Shown in pieces: positions 15,801-25,612 of a stretch of DNA of 45,104 bases. Source of the DNA: an uncultured Bifidobacterium sp. (GTDB lineage: Bacteria; Bacteroidota; Bacteroidia; AKYH767-A; OLB10); assembly GCA_964584995.1 (NCBI GenBank), contig CAZPCA010000006.1, positions 1 through 45,104 of the forward strand. The letters run 5' to 3'. The translations under genes were made by a program, and so were the position numbers. The notes beneath the pieces are model-generated. The model was not told the origin of the DNA. It saw only the letters and a program-made list of their open reading frames with translations, and made no database searches. How positions within the stretch are numbered: position 1 is the first letter of the stretch; every line of letters starts with the position of its first letter.

Positions 15801-17645
15801 ATGGCTGAATTAAAACAAGAGGTCCTTGAAAGAGTGATCATCAAATTTGCCGGTGATTCCGGCGACGGTATGCAACTTACCGGTACACAATTTACCAATA
15901 CGGCAGCATTGCTGGGCAATGATCTCAGTACTTTCCCTGATTTTCCTGCCGAAATACGTGCCCCGCAGGGAACGATTCCAGGCGTTTCAGGTTATCAGTT
16001 ACACTTCGGATCCGTGAATATTTTCACCCCGGGGGATGCCTGCGATGTGCTTGTAGCGATGAATGCAGCGGCGCTGAAAGCCAACCTGCGTCATCTCCGC
16101 AAAGCCGGCACCATCATTGCCAATACCGACGGTTTCGACCCCAAAAACCTTCGTCTTGCCAATTACCCTGACGGCGTTAACCCGCTGCAGGATGGATCGC
16201 TCGAAGGGTACCGTCTGGTCACCATGGATGTCACCAAAATGACCCGGGCAGCTCTAACCGAATCCGGTCTTGGCATAAAAGAAATAGACCGTGCCAAAAA
16301 CATGTTTGTGCTAGGGTTCCTCTATTGGATGTATAACAGGGACATGGTCCACACGGAAAACTTTTTGAAGGAAAAATTCAGCAAGAAGCCGGACATCCTT
16401 GAGGCGAATCTCAAAGTCCTGCGTTCCGGCTACAACTTTAGCGATACCAGCGAAACGCTTGCTACCCGCTATACGGTTAATCCAGCACCGACGCCTCCCG
16501 GAACCTACCGGAACATCATGGGCAACCAGGCCACTTCACTGGGACTTATCGCGGCTTCTCAGAAATGCGGGTTAGACCTTTTCCTTGGCTCCTATCCTAT
16601 CACACCGGCCTCCGACATCCTGCATGAATTGTCCAAATACAAGCATTTCGGCGTAAGAACCTATCAGGCAGAAGACGAAATCGCTGCGATTTGTGCAGTC
16701 ATCGGGGCGGCTTTCGGAGGCAAACTTGCCATCACTACCTCATCCGGTCCTGGTATCGCCCTCAAAGGAGAAGCCATGGGTTTGGGCATCATGCTCGAGT
16801 TACCCATGGTCATCATCAACGTACAGCGTGGTGGCCCGTCTACCGGTTTACCCACCAAGACCGAACAAAGTGACCTCTTCCAGGCCATGTATGGTCGTAA
16901 CGGAGAAGCACCAATGCCGGTGATTGCCGCCAAATCTCCTGCGGACTGCTTCGAGGCTGCATTTGAAGCCTGCAGAATTGCCATTGAATTCATGACTCCG
17001 GTAATGCTGCTGACCGACGGATACATCGCCAATGGTTCAGAGCCCTGGAGATTCCCACAATCTTCCGACCTGAAAGACTTCAAAGCCAGTTTCGTCACCG
17101 AAAAGAACGGAGACAAATTCCTTCCCTACAAGCGCGACGAGAAACTTTCACGCCCCTGGGCCATACCTGGCACGAAGGGACTGGAGCACCGTATTGGCGG
17201 ACTCGAAAAACAGCACGAAACGGGCAATATCAGCTACGATCCGGAGAACCACGAGTTCATGGTACACATGCGTGCTGCAAAAGTGGCGAAGGTGGCCGAA
17301 CACGTGCCTGCTCAGACTATCGACAATGGCAGTGAGAAAGGGAAGCTGCTTGTCATTGGCTGGGGATCCACCTATGGCGCTATCAAAGCAGCCGTGAAAG
17401 AAGCACGTGCGAAAGGTCTCGATGTGAGCCATGCGCATATCCGCCACATCAATCCTTTCCCCACGAATCTGGGAGAAATCATCTATGGTTTTGAAAAAGT
17501 GTTGGTGCCGGAGATGAACACCGGTCAGCTGAACTCCATTCTCAGAGACAAATTCATGGTGCCTTCCATTGGTCTTAACAAAATCAAAGGAATGCCCTTC
17601 TCCACTTCAGAGATTCTGGAAAAAATCGAAGAGATCTGTAAATAA
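15801..17645 (+). CDS. korA: 2-oxoglutarate/2-oxoacid:ferredoxin oxidoreductase, alpha subunit
   Basis: The N-terminus VIIKFAGDSGDGMQLTG is typical of KorA. It is 614 aa and is followed immediately by the TPP-binding beta subunit. Confidence 0.9.
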   Translation: MAELKQEVLERVIIKFAGDSGDGMQLTGTQFTNTAALLGNDLSTFPDFPAEIRAPQGTIPGVSGYQLHFGSVNIFTPGDACDVLVAMNAAALKANLRHLRKAGTIIANTDGFDPKNLRLANYPDGVNPLQDGSLEGYRLVTMDVTKMTRAALTESGLGIKEIDRAKNMFVLGFLYWMYNRDMVHTENFLKEKFSKKPDILEANLKVLRSGYNFSDTSETLATRYTVNPAPTPPGTYRNIMGNQATSLGLIAASQKCGLDLFLGSYPITPASDILHELSKYKHFGVRTYQAEDEIAAICAVIGAAFGGKLAITTSSGPGIALKGEAMGLGIMLELPMVIINVQRGGPSTGLPTKTEQSDLFQAMYGRNGEAPMPVIAAKSPADCFEAAFEACRIAIEFMTPVMLLTDGYIANGSEPWRFPQSSDLKDFKASFVTEKNGDKFLPYKRDEKLSRPWAIPGTKGLEHRIGGLEKQHETGNISYDPENHEFMVHMRAAKVAKVAEHVPAQTIDNGSEKGKLLVIGWGSTYGAIKAAVKEARAKGLDVSHAHIRHINPFPTNLGEIIYGFEKVLVPEMNTGQLNSILRDKFMVPSIGLNKIKGMPFSTSEILEKIEEICK

Positions 17646-17681
17646 TATCCAATCCTCATATTTCATCCTATTGACTCTGTT

Positions 17682-18725
17682 ATGTCAACTGTAACCAACG
17701 CTGCAGAAGCTCCCAAATACACCAGTAAAGAACTCGTCACCGACCAGGAAGTACGCTGGTGTCCGGGTTGTGGTGATTACTCCATTCTCAAACAGGTTCA
17801 AACCGTCATTCCCGAACTGGGCATACCCCGCGAAGACATTGTCTTCATTTCAGGTATCGGATGCTCATCCCGCTTCCCCTATTACATGGAAACCTTCGGC
17901 ATGCACAGTATACACGGTCGTGCGGCTGCCATTGCCAGCGGACTGAAAAGTGTGCGGCCTGAACTCAGTGTATGGATGGTTAGCGGTGACGGAGACTCAC
18001 TTTCCATTGGAGGCAATCATTTCATTCACTTGTTGCGTCGCAACTTCGACATCAATCTGCTGTTGTTCAACAACGAAATCTACGGATTGACGAAGGGACA
18101 ATACTCTCCGACTTCCGAAGAAGGAAAAATCACGAAGTCCACTCCCATGGGTTCGGTAGACCACCCCTTCAATCCCATCGCACTGGCTCTTGGAGCTGAC
18201 GGCACCTTTGTAGCTCGTTCCATGGATAGGGACCCTGTTCACCTGAAAGAAATTCTTCGTCGCTCCAATGCACACAAGGGTACCTCTTTCGTGGAGATTT
18301 ATCAGAACTGCAATGTATTTAATGACGGCGCATTTGAAATCTTCACAGAGAAATCCACCAAGAAGGAAGAGACCATTATGATTGAACACGGCAAGCCGCT
18401 CGTTTACGGTCAGAATGGTGACAAGGGTATCAAACTGGACGGCTTCAAGCCTGTCATTGTGGACATCGCTGCCGACCAGAACAGCATCAACGACCTTTGG
18501 GTGCACGATGAGCGCGACCGCGTAAAGGCCGGCATTTTGTCTCGCTTCTTTGAGCGTCCGGTTGATAGCCAAGTTCATTTCCCACGCCCCTTCGGCGTAT
18601 TCTATACGGAAGATCGCACCTGCTACGAGACAGGTCTCAACGCTCAGGTAGACCAAGCCAAGGCCAAGAAGGCTCCGGACCTGGATGCACTGCTGCGTGG
18701 AAGGGAAACATGGGTGATCGGATAA
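17682..18725 (+). CDS. korB: 2-oxoglutarate/2-oxoacid:ferredoxin oxidoreductase, beta subunit
   Basis: Carries WCPGCGDYSIL and the TPP motif SGDGD...GGNH...NNEIYGLTKGQ. Confidence 0.95.
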   Translation: MSTVTNAAEAPKYTSKELVTDQEVRWCPGCGDYSILKQVQTVIPELGIPREDIVFISGIGCSSRFPYYMETFGMHSIHGRAAAIASGLKSVRPELSVWMVSGDGDSLSIGGNHFIHLLRRNFDINLLLFNNEIYGLTKGQYSPTSEEGKITKSTPMGSVDHPFNPIALALGADGTFVARSMDRDPVHLKEILRRSNAHKGTSFVEIYQNCNVFNDGAFEIFTEKSTKKEETIMIEHGKPLVYGQNGDKGIKLDGFKPVIVDIAADQNSINDLWVHDERDRVKAGILSRFFERPVDSQVHFPRPFGVFYTEDRTCYETGLNAQVDQAKAKKAPDLDALLRGRETWVIG

Positions 18726-18747
18726 CCCGACAGTCTAAAATGAAAAG

Positions 18748-18773
18748 AACCGCCCAGCAAGGCGGTTTTTTTA
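18748..18773. terminator. Hairpin terminator between the convergent genes korB and nadE
   Basis: AACCGCC-cagcaa-GGCGGTT followed by TTTTTTAT. On the other strand an A-rich run gives the T-run needed for the nadE direction, though more weakly. Confidence 0.8.
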
Positions 18774-18801
18774 TATGCTACCACACGATCAATTCCTGGA
18801 A

Positions 18802-20451
18802 CTAAGCCTGGTATCGTGCCACCAGTGGCATCCTCCGTCCCCGGCCGAATGCTTTCGGAGAAATGCGCAGAATAGGAGCGAACTGGTGGCGTTTCCATTC
18901 GCTACCATTCACCAATTTCACGATGCGACTTACCAGTTGCTCTTCAAACCCTTCTGCTACGATTGCATCCGCCCCCTTTTGTTCTTCGATGTAACGGAAA
19001 AGCACAGCATCGAGCACGGCATAATCGGGCAAGGAGTCGCTGTCTTTTTGTCCGGGTCTCAGTTCGGCAGAAGGTGGCTTGGAAAGAATATTTTCGGGTA
19101 TGGACTGATTCCGTTCATTGATGTGACGTGCCAGTTCATACACCATCGTTTTATAACAATCCCCGATCACCGACAAACCACCGCACATATCTCCGTAGAG
19201 GGTACCGTATCCGACGGCCAGCTCACTCTTATTGGAGGTGTTGAGTAAGATATATCCTAATTTATTGCTGATGGCCATCAGTGTCAGACCGCGAACCCTG
19301 GCCTGGATGTTTTCTTCGGCCAAACCAAATGGCAATCCGGCGAAATCTTTTTCCACCGCTTGCAGTACCGACTGAAACATCGGCTCAATCGGTATGATTT
19401 CATACTCGCAGCCCAGGCGCTTGACCATCTCCAGCGAATCGCTTACCGAATGCTCACTTGAAAATCCGGAAGGCATCAAAACCGCCCTAACATTTTCAGG
19501 TCCGAGCGCTTCGGCCGCCAGTGCCAACACGAGTGCCGAATCTATCCCCCCCGACAAACCTAATACAGCTTTTGCGAAGCCCATCTTTCTGAAATAATCG
19601 CTGATACCCATCACAAGGGCCTGACGGATTTTCTCCGCTTCTTGCATCTGATTGTCGGAGGAAGGGAGTGCTTCAGAAAATTCCTTACCAGCTTCAAGAT
19701 CCAGTTCCACCAGGGTTGTAGCTTCCCTGAAGTAGGGCAATTCATGCAGGATTGTTCCGGAGGCATCCATCACCATGGATCCTCCATCGAACAACAAATC
19801 GGTTTGTGCACCGACTTGGTTCACGTATACCAGGGGCAGCCGATACTCCAGTACATTCTTGCGCAGGATATTTTTGCGGGCCTCCGCGTGGCGATAATTG
19901 AAAGGAGATGCGGCGATATTGACCATGAGTGCAGGCTGCTCCCGGATCAGTTCCTTCATGGGCCAGAAAGTGTACAGAGGATCATCGTCCATATTCCATA
20001 GATCCTCACAGATCGTTAGCGCGACCTTGATTCCCTTGACCTCCACGCAGCTGAATGAACGGTTGGGTTCAAACCAGCGGTATTCGTCGAACACATCATA
20101 CGTGGGCAGCAGCGTTTTGTGAACTATCTGCTGCACCTTGCCCTTGTGGAGTACCCAGGCAGAATTGAAGAGGTTTTTGCCGTTCAGGTCCGGATTACGG
20201 GAAGGAGCTCCAACAATAACGGTAATGGCACCACACGCTTCAGCGATTTGCCCCATGCAATCGTACACCCTGGTGATGAAGTGTCCGTAATCGAGGAAAT
20301 CAAGCGGCGGGTATCCGCAAAGCGCCAGCTCGGAAAATACAAGCAAGTCTACACCATCTTGCTCACAGTGACGTATTTCAGCAAGGATTTGCTCCGTGTT
20401 GGATTCAAAATCCCCAATACGAAAATTCAGCTGCGCCAGTGCGATTCTCAT
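18802..20451 (-). CDS. nadE: Glutamine-dependent NAD+ synthetase (CN-hydrolase + NAD synthase domains)
   Basis: MRIALAQLNF...E(L)ALCGYPP...ICEDLW forms the nitrilase-type half. LGLSGGIDSA is the PP-loop in the C-terminal half. Length 549 aa. Confidence 0.95.
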   Translation of the reverse strand: MRIALAQLNFRIGDFESNTEQILAEIRHCEQDGVDLLVFSELALCGYPPLDFLDYGHFITRVYDCMGQIAEACGAITVIVGAPSRNPDLNGKNLFNSAWVLHKGKVQQIVHKTLLPTYDVFDEYRWFEPNRSFSCVEVKGIKVALTICEDLWNMDDDPLYTFWPMKELIREQPALMVNIAASPFNYRHAEARKNILRKNVLEYRLPLVYVNQVGAQTDLLFDGGSMVMDASGTILHELPYFREATTLVELDLEAGKEFSEALPSSDNQMQEAEKIRQALVMGISDYFRKMGFAKAVLGLSGGIDSALVLALAAEALGPENVRAVLMPSGFSSEHSVSDSLEMVKRLGCEYEIIPIEPMFQSVLQAVEKDFAGLPFGLAEENIQARVRGLTLMAISNKLGYILLNTSNKSELAVGYGTLYGDMCGGLSVIGDCYKTMVYELARHINERNQSIPENILSKPPSAELRPGQKDSDSLPDYAVLDAVLFRYIEEQKGADAIVAEGFEEQLVSRIVKLVNGSEWKRHQFAPILRISPKAFGRGRRMPLVARYQA

Positions 20452-20456
20452 CCGCG

Positions 20457-20464
20457 CAAAAGTA
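20457..20464 (-). promoter_or_regulatory. -7 box candidate (TACTTTTG on the minus strand)
   Basis: Exact TAnnTTTG match 5 nt upstream of the nadE ATG. Confidence 0.3.
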
Positions 20465-20524
20465 ACGAATCCATCTTTGGCTTCAAGTATACTGCCCTGA
20501 AGCTGTACAATGTACCCCTGCGGA

Positions 20525-21163
20525 TCAGAACAAGATGCCGGCGGAAAGGCCTAAATAGTTGGTTATGCCTTTCTGGTCTCCGCCTTTAAAAATATCTATG
20601 AAGCCGTTGCTGAATTCCAAGCCTCCGAAAGCCACCGTTGAGCCGCTGATCTCATACTCAATACCGGCACCAACAATCATGTTCATATTAATGGGAAAAA
20701 CATCGCTCTTAAAATCTTCATTTTCTTCCACCGGCGTATCCCTCTTGGCTTTCAAATTCAATCCCGGAGAAAATCCGAATTGACCGAAATACCTGATGCG
20801 GTCAAATTTACGGGTCATCATTTTCAGGCAAACCGGTATTTCCAGGTACTGAAGATTGTAGTTGACTGTTACATCCTCTACCTGCGCACCGGAAGCCTGA
20901 TTCCCCGCAAACGAGATATCCCCGTTGCGATAGACCACCTGAACACCAGAGCAAATCGCGTAATTTTCCTGCAACCTGAACTCAGTTTGCACTCCATAAC
21001 CGAACCCAAGCCTGTAGCCTTCCCTCGAAAGACCCTTGTTATCGGGTTTGATCCATGACATACTGGGAATGATTTTCAAACCGAAATGAAATTTCTGATC
21101 CTGAGCAATCGCCGCTCCACGGACAATCAGAAACAACACTACGAACAATACAAGTTTGCGCAT
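20525..21163 (-). CDS. Outer-membrane beta-barrel (porin-family/OMP_b-brl-type) protein
   Basis: Signal peptide MRKLVLFVVLFLIVRGAAIAQ, alternating amphipathic strands, and a C-terminal ...LGLSAGILF ending in Phe. Confidence 0.75.
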   Translation of the reverse strand: MRKLVLFVVLFLIVRGAAIAQDQKFHFGLKIIPSMSWIKPDNKGLSREGYRLGFGYGVQTEFRLQENYAICSGVQVVYRNGDISFAGNQASGAQVEDVTVNYNLQYLEIPVCLKMMTRKFDRIRYFGQFGFSPGLNLKAKRDTPVEENEDFKSDVFPINMNMIVGAGIEYEISGSTVAFGGLEFSNGFIDIFKGGDQKGITNYLGLSAGILF

Positions 21164-21185
21164 CTTTGGTAGTTTTACAACCGCA

Positions 21186-22244
21186 ATGATACGAACAATC
21201 TATCACGGGCTGATCGGACTCCTCTGTATCTTTTTGACCACCGGCTGTGGACAAACCCAGAAAGACGAACGTAAGCCACTACCGATACCGCTTGCCGAGA
21301 GCACAGCAATGATTCAAATCGAGCGATTTGAACAGGACTTGTTCGAAAGTAAAATTCCCATTGATACCAGCAGGATACGTTACCTTGCCAAAAAATACGG
21401 CGACTTCTTCGAATTCTGGTGTGTACAACTTGCCATGATCATCCCCCCTGGCAAGGGCAAGCCTTCCGATGAGCTTATCGCTTACAACCTCAACCAGTAT
21501 GTACAAGACAAGTACATCAAAGAAGTTTACGCAGAAAGCCAAAAGCAATTTGCAGACATTCAATGGCTGAAAAAAGACCTCAGCCCTATCTGGCAACGCT
21601 ACCGTGAAGGTTTCCCGAATAGCACTGTGCCAGCGGTCATCACCTATCTTTCGCCCTTCAGCAGCAACGTCATGGCCATGGATAGCATGCTTGGCATAGG
21701 CCTGCACTTTTATTTTGGGCAAGACTATAAATACTATCCTACCCTTCAATTGCCGGGATACATGATACGCAAAATGGAAAGGGCGTACATCGTCAACGAC
21801 CTGCTGAGAGGGTGGCTAGAGAGCGAGTTCTTTTCAGACAGCGTGGAAAAGAATTGTCTTTCCCAGATGATTTTCCAGGGGAAGATACTTTATGCGAGTG
21901 AAGTCATTGCTCCGGATATTCCGGACACCATCCTGACGGGATATTCGGATCTGCAACTGAACTGGACAAACAACAACGAAGACAAGATCTGGTCGTTTTT
22001 CATCGAACAGGAGATGTTATACAAAACAAACCCGAAGGTGTACCTGAAGTACATTCACGACGGAAATACGACCAGCGGATTTCCAAAGGATGCACCTGCA
22101 AGATTGGGCGGATTCATCGGCTGGCAAATCGTACGATCATATATGCAGGCACATCCAGGGATGACGCTGGAGCAATTGTTCAAAATCATGGACGCACAAT
22201 CCATATTGTCAAATTCCGGATACAAGCCCCGAAAAAGTTCGTGA
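21186..22244 (+). CDS. gldB: Gliding-motility lipoprotein GldB
   Basis: Lipobox LTTGC. IERFEQDLF, FFIEQEMLY..NPK, ARLGGFIGWQIVRSYM and SGYKPRK match the GldB family as I remember the Flavobacterium johnsoniae protein. nadE is a common neighbour of gldB. Confidence 0.8.
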   Translation: MIRTIYHGLIGLLCIFLTTGCGQTQKDERKPLPIPLAESTAMIQIERFEQDLFESKIPIDTSRIRYLAKKYGDFFEFWCVQLAMIIPPGKGKPSDELIAYNLNQYVQDKYIKEVYAESQKQFADIQWLKKDLSPIWQRYREGFPNSTVPAVITYLSPFSSNVMAMDSMLGIGLHFYFGQDYKYYPTLQLPGYMIRKMERAYIVNDLLRGWLESEFFSDSVEKNCLSQMIFQGKILYASEVIAPDIPDTILTGYSDLQLNWTNNNEDKIWSFFIEQEMLYKTNPKVYLKYIHDGNTTSGFPKDAPARLGGFIGWQIVRSYMQAHPGMTLEQLFKIMDAQSILSNSGYKPRKSS

Positions 22245-22249
22245 CCGAT

Positions 22250-22891
22250 ATGAAAATCGCAAGGTTTACCTATAATCCCTTTCAGGAAAACACCTATGTA
22301 CTTTACGACGGCAGCGGGGAATGCGTAATCATAGATCCCGGATGCTATTTTGCCGAAGAAAAGGAGGAGCTGAAGGCATTTCTGGATTCGGAGCAATTAC
22401 GCCCGGTTTTATTGTTGCACACACACTGCCATATCGATCATGTTTTGGGAAATAGTTTCATCCATTCCACCTACGGATTGGTTCCACAGATTCATCCTGC
22501 AGAACAACTCTTGTTGAAATCAGCTGCTTCGTATGGACAGGTATATGGTCTGATGATGGATCCTTCACCGGAGGGTCAAGAAACCCTGAGGGATGGAGGC
22601 ATCGTACGCTTCGGAGAAACCCAACTCCTACAGATTCATGCACCGGGTCACAGTCCAGGGTCCATCTGCTTTTATCACCAGGAAAGCGGCAACCTCATTG
22701 GAGGCGATGTTCTCTTTGAACGCAGTATCGGCCGCACCGATTTACCCGGAGGTGATCATGCTCAACTCTTGCAGAGTATAAGGATGAAGCTATTTTGTTT
22801 GCCGGACACCACCATTGTTCATCCCGGGCACGGGGAACCGACACGGATTGGATTCGAGAAAAGCAACAATCCCTTCCTGAACGACCGATGA
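22250..22891 (+). CDS. MBL-fold metallo-hydrolase (glyoxalase II-like)
   Basis: Carries HTHCHIDH (the HxHxDH motif), HAPGHSPG, and GDVLF...GRTDLPGG. Confidence 0.85.
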   Translation: MKIARFTYNPFQENTYVLYDGSGECVIIDPGCYFAEEKEELKAFLDSEQLRPVLLLHTHCHIDHVLGNSFIHSTYGLVPQIHPAEQLLLKSAASYGQVYGLMMDPSPEGQETLRDGGIVRFGETQLLQIHAPGHSPGSICFYHQESGNLIGGDVLFERSIGRTDLPGGDHAQLLQSIRMKLFCLPDTTIVHPGHGEPTRIGFEKSNNPFLNDR

Positions 22892-24387
22892 CTGCTGCCA
22901 TGGCTATGATCCGTATACTCTTACTTCAGGTTTTCGTTGTAATGATCGACAGCGGCTTGTGCGCGCAATCACTGCAGCTATCCGCCAACCCGATTGATGA
23001 CAATGGCTTCGAACATGTCAAACTGATCGGACAGGACGAGAACGGATTCTATCTTTTGATGAGTAACTTATCTGTAGAAAACAACAGAAGCCGTCAGGGT
23101 CTCCGTGCGAGAAAATATGAAATCAGTTATTTCGACATGGATCTGCAGCCGAAGTGGCGCAAAAAAGCAGATGGATTTCCCGTCAAAGGCAACATAGAAA
23201 GCATCGGCGTTTTTCAGGGTAAAGTAGTCATTTTGTCCAGCGAGGTTTCAAAAGAAAACTATTTCACTTTGTTCCTATCAGTGGTGGACAGGGATGCATC
23301 CGCCATCATCTCATCCCGCGTGGTAGGCCGGTGGGAGTACACAAAAAACCAAGATTACCGAAGTCCGGAACTGCTTATTTCTCCAGACAGGACCCTACTG
23401 GGTGTTTGCACGGCCGTCTACGATGCCGGCCAAGCCGACCTTCAACTCCATGTGCTCGACGAAAATATGAACACACAGCTGCAAAAAAATCACTCAGCCG
23501 TTTTTGATGCACAGGAAGTTTCCGCCGTACAATTTTTGCTCTCCGACAGCTCCTCATTGGTGATGCTCAGCAGAACCATGGAAGAAATACCGGGCCAAAA
23601 ACTAAAGACCGAGCTTTTCACCCTCCATCTATTCGGTTCTGAGAATGCGCAAAAACGAACATTTGCCCTGAATCAGCCCCAGCAACCCATGAGCGAAGCT
23701 GCAATTGCAATTCATTCACCCAGCAACACGGTAGTGGCCACCGGCTTCATCAGTGACAAGACAGCATTCACCGGTGCCAGCCTCTTACTCGCAAAGCTTC
23801 CGCTTTCAAACCCTGATGGTTTCATACGCAGTATAGGAAAGTTCCAAAAGGACACGCAAATCAATTTGATTGGCCAGAGGAACAAAGGTCCGGGATCGGA
23901 TCTGGCTTCTTATCCCATATTGCAGATCGTCCCAAGAAGTGACGGAGGTGTCTTGCTAATCACAGAGGCCGCTTATACCAGCGAGTATAATTTTTACGAT
24001 TATTTCACCCAAACATTCAACCGAAGGATTGAATATCATTATGACAATGTTGTAGTCTTGTCCATCAATGCAGACGCAAGCATCCACTGGAGCCAGGTTA
24101 TACAGAAGGAGCAACGTTCCATGGATGATGAGGGCGTCTTTTCGTCCATCAAAGCCATGATAGGCGAACAATCCCTCTCGATTCTCTACAATATGCAGAA
24201 AGGCAAAGGCAATGAAATGGTCCTCCATGAGATTGATGCTGCAGGCCATATGGGAAATCGTCAAATGATCCGACAAAGCGATAATATATCACTACTGACT
24301 CGTTTCGGCAAACAGGTAGCGCAGAACACGCTTGTTTTTCCGGCATATACCAAGAAGCGACTCTATCTTTTAAAAGCAGTTTTCTAA
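22888..24387 (+). CDS. Secreted hypothetical protein, 499 aa
   Basis: Its ATG at 22888 overlaps the MBL hydrolase stop (ATGA). A signal-like segment IRILLLQVFVVMIDSGLCAQS is present. I recognise no motif. ATGs at 22900 and 22906 are alternative starts. Confidence 0.7.
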   Translation: MTAAMAMIRILLLQVFVVMIDSGLCAQSLQLSANPIDDNGFEHVKLIGQDENGFYLLMSNLSVENNRSRQGLRARKYEISYFDMDLQPKWRKKADGFPVKGNIESIGVFQGKVVILSSEVSKENYFTLFLSVVDRDASAIISSRVVGRWEYTKNQDYRSPELLISPDRTLLGVCTAVYDAGQADLQLHVLDENMNTQLQKNHSAVFDAQEVSAVQFLLSDSSSLVMLSRTMEEIPGQKLKTELFTLHLFGSENAQKRTFALNQPQQPMSEAAIAIHSPSNTVVATGFISDKTAFTGASLLLAKLPLSNPDGFIRSIGKFQKDTQINLIGQRNKGPGSDLASYPILQIVPRSDGGVLLITEAAYTSEYNFYDYFTQTFNRRIEYHYDNVVVLSINADASIHWSQVIQKEQRSMDDEGVFSSIKAMIGEQSLSILYNMQKGKGNEMVLHEIDAAGHMGNRQMIRQSDNISLLTRFGKQVAQNTLVFPAYTKKRLYLLKAVF

Positions 24388-24472
24388 ATCAAAGCAGTAA
24401 TCTAATTGTTTGATTTATAGATTTTTGTATTAAACTTGCAGGCATTCATCCTTCGTTTAGTCCTGTACTGCG

Positions 24473-24480
24473 TATTTTTG
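24473..24480 (+). promoter_or_regulatory. -7 box candidate (TATTTTTG)
   Basis: Exact TAnnTTTG match 10 nt upstream of ATG 24491. Confidence 0.4.
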
Positions 24481-24490
24481 CACCAGCATT

Positions 24491-25567
24491 ATGGCAAAAG
24501 TCACCTTCAACAACAAAAACAGTCCCTTTTTTGATTCATTGCGCGAGAAGATCGACGTCTATTTCAGGGAACATCAAATCAAACCTACAGGCAACTATCA
24601 ACTGTATACGAAAACCATCATTTTGGTGAGTGTAGCCATTCTTGTCTACAGTTGTCTGGTCTTTCTTCAGCTACCAACCTGGTTGTCACTGAGCCTTTGT
24701 AGCATGATGGGACTCACATTTGCAAGTATCGGGTTCAACGTAATGCACGATGGAGCACACGGATCGTACTCCACCAACAAACGTATCAATGCGCTGATGT
24801 CCTATTCCCTTAACCTGATGGGGGGCTCCAGCTTCATGTGGAAAATCAAACACAATCATGTACATCACTCTTTCACGAATATCGACGGGGTTGATGACGA
24901 CATTGACATTCAGCCCTTCATGCGAGTAAACGAACAACAGAAGCTCTATTGGTTTCATCGTTTTCAGCATGTTTACTGGGTGCTGCTTTACGGAGCAACT
25001 TATTTCATGTGGATTTTCTGGATGGATTTCCATAAGTACTTCACACACCGTATAGGACCTACACCCATCCGCAAAATGAAGTTTTCCGAGCACGTAGGAT
25101 TTTGGGTAACCAAAATCGGTTATCTGGGATTGTTCATCGGATTACCTGTTTACTTCAAAGGTTGGTTGGCGACGGTTATTGGTTATGGCGTGATTCTGTT
25201 CGTGACAGGATTGGTAATTGCGGTAGTGTTCCAACTTGCACACGTAGTAGAGGACACCAAGTTCCCGCAGCCCGATGCCAGCACTCAGAAAATTGAGGAA
25301 GAGTGGGCGCTGCATCAGCTGCAAACCACTGCCAATTTCGCAACCAAGAATAAAATCGTCAGTTGGTTCATGGGCGGACTCAATTTTCAGGTAGAACATC
25401 ATCTCTTTCCTAAAATTTCCCACATTCACTATCCGGCCATCAGCAAGCTGGTGCGTGAAACCTGTGAGGAGTTCAACGTTCGTTACATCGAATACCCTAC
25501 CGTAATTTCAGCAGTGCGGGCTCATATCCGGCACTTGAAAAACCTGGGAAGGCCTTCATTTTCGTGA
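24491..25567 (+). CDS. Membrane fatty-acid desaturase, front-end (DesD/delta-6-like) type, with no cytochrome b5 domain
   Basis: Three His boxes: HDGAH, HNHVHH and QVEHH (Gln replaces the first His of box 3). Four or more TM segments. Length 358 aa. Confidence 0.85.
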   Translation: MAKVTFNNKNSPFFDSLREKIDVYFREHQIKPTGNYQLYTKTIILVSVAILVYSCLVFLQLPTWLSLSLCSMMGLTFASIGFNVMHDGAHGSYSTNKRINALMSYSLNLMGGSSFMWKIKHNHVHHSFTNIDGVDDDIDIQPFMRVNEQQKLYWFHRFQHVYWVLLYGATYFMWIFWMDFHKYFTHRIGPTPIRKMKFSEHVGFWVTKIGYLGLFIGLPVYFKGWLATVIGYGVILFVTGLVIAVVFQLAHVVEDTKFPQPDASTQKIEEEWALHQLQTTANFATKNKIVSWFMGGLNFQVEHHLFPKISHIHYPAISKLVRETCEEFNVRYIEYPTVISAVRAHIRHLKNLGRPSFS

Positions 25568-25612
25568 AGATTCCAGTAACGGAGAACAGTTCTACAATCT
25601 TTAATTGTACTG

